Positions 60,552 to 64,000 of a stretch of DNA of 64,000 nt are shown in pieces. The notes beneath the pieces were generated by a model that had not been told where the DNA came from, made no database searches, and saw only the letters and a list, made by a program, of their open reading frames with translations. Numbering within the stretch: the stretch's first letter is position 1; each line of letters opens with the position of its first letter. The translations under genes and the position numbers were made by a program. This DNA is from Smithellaceae bacterium (GTDB taxonomy: Bacteria; Desulfobacterota; Syntrophia; Syntrophales; Smithellaceae). Location of the stretch: the NCBI GenBank assembly GCA_963667845.2, contig CAXXVL010000002.1, positions 2,784,001 to 2,848,000 on the forward strand, read 5' to 3'.

Positions 60552-61214
60552 ATGCTCTTTAAACAAAAGAAGGCGCTGGTGATCAGTGATTTCGACGGTA
60601 CGATTTGTACCGTTGATGTCGGCAACCGGGTTTTAAGCCACTTTACGAAAGAAAGCTGGGATTACATTGATCGTGAGTACGTCAGGGGAACCATCGGCTC
60701 GCGTGCGGCTTACACCAAGATTGCGCCGCTCGTTTGGGCTGATCCGGCGCACCTGAACGCTTACGTTCTGAAGCTGGCAAAAATCGATCCCTTCTTTACG
60801 AAATTCTACCGTCTGGCGAAGAAGAAAGGCGTGGATGTAAAGATCGTTTCCGACGGACTTGATTTTTATATTCGGGCCATTATGGAAAAGCATCGTTTGG
60901 GTGAAATTGAATTCTTTTCCAATACCGTCATTTTCGGCCGGCATGCGACGCTGACCTTCGACTTCCCTGAGGCAAATGCGTTATGCGGCCGTTGCGGCAC
61001 GTGCAAGAATAAAATATTGAATGACCATCGCCTGATGTATGAAACCATTGTCTATGTCGGCGATGGTCATTCCGATATCTGTCCGTCCCGGTGCGCAGAC
61101 CTGGTTTTTGCCAAAGACGTGCTTTTGCGAAAGTGTGAGGAAGAGGGTACGACGCCTTACAGGCCTTTTCAGGATTTCAGCGTGATTTGTGAATATCTGA
61201 AAGAAAATTTTTGA
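60552..61214 (+). CDS. MtnX-like HAD-IB phosphatase
   Basis: SDFDGTI, VSDG, CG.CK, YVGDG.SD.CP and FAK. Confidence 0.88.
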   Translation: MLFKQKKALVISDFDGTICTVDVGNRVLSHFTKESWDYIDREYVRGTIGSRAAYTKIAPLVWADPAHLNAYVLKLAKIDPFFTKFYRLAKKKGVDVKIVSDGLDFYIRAIMEKHRLGEIEFFSNTVIFGRHATLTFDFPEANALCGRCGTCKNKILNDHRLMYETIVYVGDGHSDICPSRCADLVFAKDVLLRKCEEEGTTPYRPFQDFSVICEYLKENF

Positions 61215-61263
61215 GGGCCGGAGACGCTTCGGGTAAATTCGTTTTACCGGCAAGGATTTTGTT

Positions 61264-62445
61264 ATGAGCATATCAAAAAAAATTAAAGCATCTATCTCCC
61301 GATCATCCGCCATTCGCAAGATGTTCGAGGAGGGGATTGCCCTGAAAAAGAAACACGGCGCGGATAATGTTTTCGATTTCAGTCTGGGAAATCCCAACGT
61401 CGACCATCCCCGGGAATTCAAGCGGGAACTTATCAAGGTCGCCGATGAGGAGATCGCGCTTAAACACGGATATACGCCGAATGCGGGGTATCTGGAAACC
61501 AGGCAGGCCGTCGCCGGGAAAATCAGCCAGACATACGGTCTGAAAATGACGGCCGATCACATTGTCATGTCCTGCGGCGCAGGCGGCGCGCTTAATGTGA
61601 TCCTGAAGTCGCTGCTTGATCCGGGCGATGAGGTGATTATCTTCAAACCCTTCTTTGTCGAATATCCCTTTTACATCGACAACTATAACGGTGTCGTAAA
61701 ATACGTCTCGACAAAACCGGATTTTTCACTGGATATCGCCGCCGTTTCTCAAGCCATTACCCCGAAGACGAAAGCCATTATCATCAATTCACCCAACAAC
61801 CCGACGGGTAAGGTATACAGCAAAAAAAACATCGCCGATCTTGCCCGTTTGCTGAAAGAAAAAGGCAGGCTCTTATATAAGCCCATCTATTTGATCGCGG
61901 ATGAACCGTATGCGGAAATCGTCTTTGACGGAATTGAGGTGCCCAGTATCCTCAGAGCTTACGAAAACAGTATTATTGCCTATTCGTATTCCAAAACATT
62001 ATCGCTGCCGGGAGAAAGAATCGGGTACATTGCTGTTCACCCGAAAATTCACGAGGCGGATGATCTGATCACGGCGTTGATTTTATGCACGCGGATTATG
62101 GGGTTTGTGAATGCGCCGGCGCTCATGCAGCGCATTGTGGCCAGACTTCAAAACATCACGGTTGACGTGAACGTCTATCAGAAGAAGCGTGATTTGCTCT
62201 GTGCTGGACTGGCCCGGGCCGGTTATAAATTTACCAAACCGCAGGGTGCTTTTTACCTCTTTGTGAAGAGCCCGATTCCCGATGATGTGGAATTCGTCGA
62301 GAGGCTTTTGCAGAAAAATATCCTGGTCGTACCCGGCAGCGGCTTCGGCTGCCCGGGGTATTTCCGCATTGCATTCTGCGTCGACGATGCGACCATTATC
62401 AATTCCCTGAAAGGATTTGCCGACGTCATTCGGCAGGGCAAATAA
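61264..62445 (+). CDS. Class I PLP-dependent (aspartate-type) aminotransferase
   Basis: NSPNNPTG, DEPY, SYSKTLSLPGERIGY and VPGSGF. Confidence 0.93.
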   Translation: MSISKKIKASISRSSAIRKMFEEGIALKKKHGADNVFDFSLGNPNVDHPREFKRELIKVADEEIALKHGYTPNAGYLETRQAVAGKISQTYGLKMTADHIVMSCGAGGALNVILKSLLDPGDEVIIFKPFFVEYPFYIDNYNGVVKYVSTKPDFSLDIAAVSQAITPKTKAIIINSPNNPTGKVYSKKNIADLARLLKEKGRLLYKPIYLIADEPYAEIVFDGIEVPSILRAYENSIIAYSYSKTLSLPGERIGYIAVHPKIHEADDLITALILCTRIMGFVNAPALMQRIVARLQNITVDVNVYQKKRDLLCAGLARAGYKFTKPQGAFYLFVKSPIPDDVEFVERLLQKNILVVPGSGFGCPGYFRIAFCVDDATIINSLKGFADVIRQGK

Positions 62446-62451
62446 TACGAC

Positions 62452-63987
62452 TTATTCCGCAGTCATTACTTCGGTGATTTTCCGGGAAACTTCCTGAAGC
62501 GTGAAGGGCTTTTTCAGAAAGTGCCTTACGCCTTTTTCCATGATGGCGTTTACGGCGCCGCTCATGCTGTAGCCGCTGCACAGAATCACTTTTACCGAGG
62601 GATTGATTGCCCGGATGAGATCGATGGCTTCACCGCCGCCCATTCCGGGCATGACAATGTCCATGATGACCAAATCGATATGGTCGCCGCATTTCTGATA
62701 GAGGGAGACCGCTTCTTCGCCGCCGGAGGCGATGATCACGTCGTAGCCTAAGGCCGAAAGCATGGCGCTCGTGACATGCGTGATTACTTTTTCGTCGTCA
62801 ACGAGCAGGACGGTCTCGCTTTCCGTTCGGGTCTTCGTAGCGGCGTATTCCGGTTTCTTCTTATGCGGCGTTTTAGAGGATGCCGGAAGATAAACATGAA
62901 TTGCGCTACCGCTTGCGGGATCGCTTTCGACTTCGATCATTCCTTCATGGCCCTTGATGATGCCACAGGCGAAGGAGAGATCGATGCCGTCGGGACAATC
63001 GGCATCTTGGAGAACGGCGGGGCTGAAGAGTCGATGACTCAGCGACTCGTTCATGCACGCCTCGGGCATGGAGAGAGAAACTCGAACGTAAGGTCCCGGT
63101 TTGATGGCGTGCCGCAGAGCGCTTGATCCCGCAAGCACGTCATTATCCGTTTTTAACAGGAGTGTTCCGTGTGCGGGTAAGATGCCTGCGGCGGCGGCAA
63201 AGATACTCCGGAAACCCTGCTCCAGAATCGTTACGTCTGCCTCAACAGCCCAGACGTACGTCGAATACTGCTCAGTGATGTGTATATCGTTCCGCGCCCG
63301 GCGAATCACGGCTGCCAAGCCGGCAATGAAGCCGTTCAGTTCAAGGGTCTTGAATTCGATTCGACCATCCCGCGCCCTCTCCAACAGTTGCTCGGTTAAA
63401 TTTGAACCGCATTTGATCTGCTCTTCGATGGCCTTCAGTTTTGTATAATGGTCGTGGGCGGGCAACGTGTCGATCAGCATGAGCGATACATAGCCCTGAA
63501 TCCCCATTAAAATATTATTGAACTCATGGGCCACGCCGCAGGCCATCGATCGGCCGGCTTCCATGATCTGGGTATGCTGAAGATCGGCCTCTCTCTTCCT
63601 TTCCTCCGTGACGTCGTTACAGATGATCAGGAAGCTGCTACTTTCCAATTTCAGGGATGTGAACGAAACAAGTTTTTCCCGGCCCTGATGGGTCACGATT
63701 GATGCCGTATAAGTTCTCTTCCCCTCGGTCTGCGTGTAGGGAATTTCATGGAACAGGATGCCGCGGGCCTGCTTTCTGAAATCATGATCGGGAAAGCATG
63801 TATCCAGCCACTGGGATAAACTCAAAGATTTCGGATAATCATAACCAAAGATGTGAGCGAATTGATTATTGCGGTATTCAATGTCGTATTCGGGGTTGAC
63901 CAGTAGCAGACCGAAAGGAATCGTGTCCGTGATATTTTTAAAAAATGGTTTCTGATCGCTTTTAATGTTTTTATCCATGGGTCTCAA
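62452..63987 (-). CDS. PAS-HisKA-degenerate HATPase-REC hybrid kinase (probable pseudokinase)
   Basis: GVAHEFNNIL H box and receiver VDDE/MDIVMP/KPF are present; N, G1 and G2 boxes are lost. Confidence 0.85.
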   Translation of the reverse strand: MRPMDKNIKSDQKPFFKNITDTIPFGLLLVNPEYDIEYRNNQFAHIFGYDYPKSLSLSQWLDTCFPDHDFRKQARGILFHEIPYTQTEGKRTYTASIVTHQGREKLVSFTSLKLESSSFLIICNDVTEERKREADLQHTQIMEAGRSMACGVAHEFNNILMGIQGYVSLMLIDTLPAHDHYTKLKAIEEQIKCGSNLTEQLLERARDGRIEFKTLELNGFIAGLAAVIRRARNDIHITEQYSTYVWAVEADVTILEQGFRSIFAAAAGILPAHGTLLLKTDNDVLAGSSALRHAIKPGPYVRVSLSMPEACMNESLSHRLFSPAVLQDADCPDGIDLSFACGIIKGHEGMIEVESDPASGSAIHVYLPASSKTPHKKKPEYAATKTRTESETVLLVDDEKVITHVTSAMLSALGYDVIIASGGEEAVSLYQKCGDHIDLVIMDIVMPGMGGGEAIDLIRAINPSVKVILCSGYSMSGAVNAIMEKGVRHFLKKPFTLQEVSRKITEVMTAE

Positions 63988-64000
63988 TACCGTTAAAATG

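Overview
A 64 kb chromosomal segment from an anaerobic Gram-negative bacterium. The gene set (lptCAB-rpoN-hpf-ptsN-hprK-rapZ, hcp/HcpR, [FeFe]-hydrogenases) suggests Desulfobacterota/Deltaproteobacteria, possibly Syntrophales; this is inference. From left to right: (1) an H2 metabolism and sensing cluster at 1-8.7 kb. It has a 1.1 kaa GltD/NfnB-like flavoprotein fused to a catalytic [FeFe]-hydrogenase, a 2Fe-2S protein, a PAS-containing HydS/HfsB-like sensory hydrogenase, a SpoIIE-like phosphatase, a lone HATPase, DRTGG proteins and an RsbT-like kinase. (2) cheW-MCP, Nudix, a methyltransferase and divergent hcpR/hcp. (3) The most striking feature, a ~17.0 kb integrative element at 15592-32613. 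It is bounded by a 7-bp direct repeat (CTCTAAA) and by two ~180-bp mutually inverted ends, each folding into a long nested hairpin with compensatory base changes. It encodes three catalytically intact tyrosine recombinases (an overlapping pair plus one internal) and a patchwork cargo. (4) Two amino-acid ABC SBP-permease fusions built from 2 and 4 apparently circularly permuted binding domains with a 696-bp identical permease segment, plus a GlnQ ATPase with an RsbW-like tail. (5) Mostly housekeeping genes at 40.8-64 kb, including a dif-like site just upstream of xerD, a degenerate HprK and a hybrid pseudokinase. No rRNA, tRNA or CRISPR array was recognised. All family calls come from motif recognition by eye, not from database searches.
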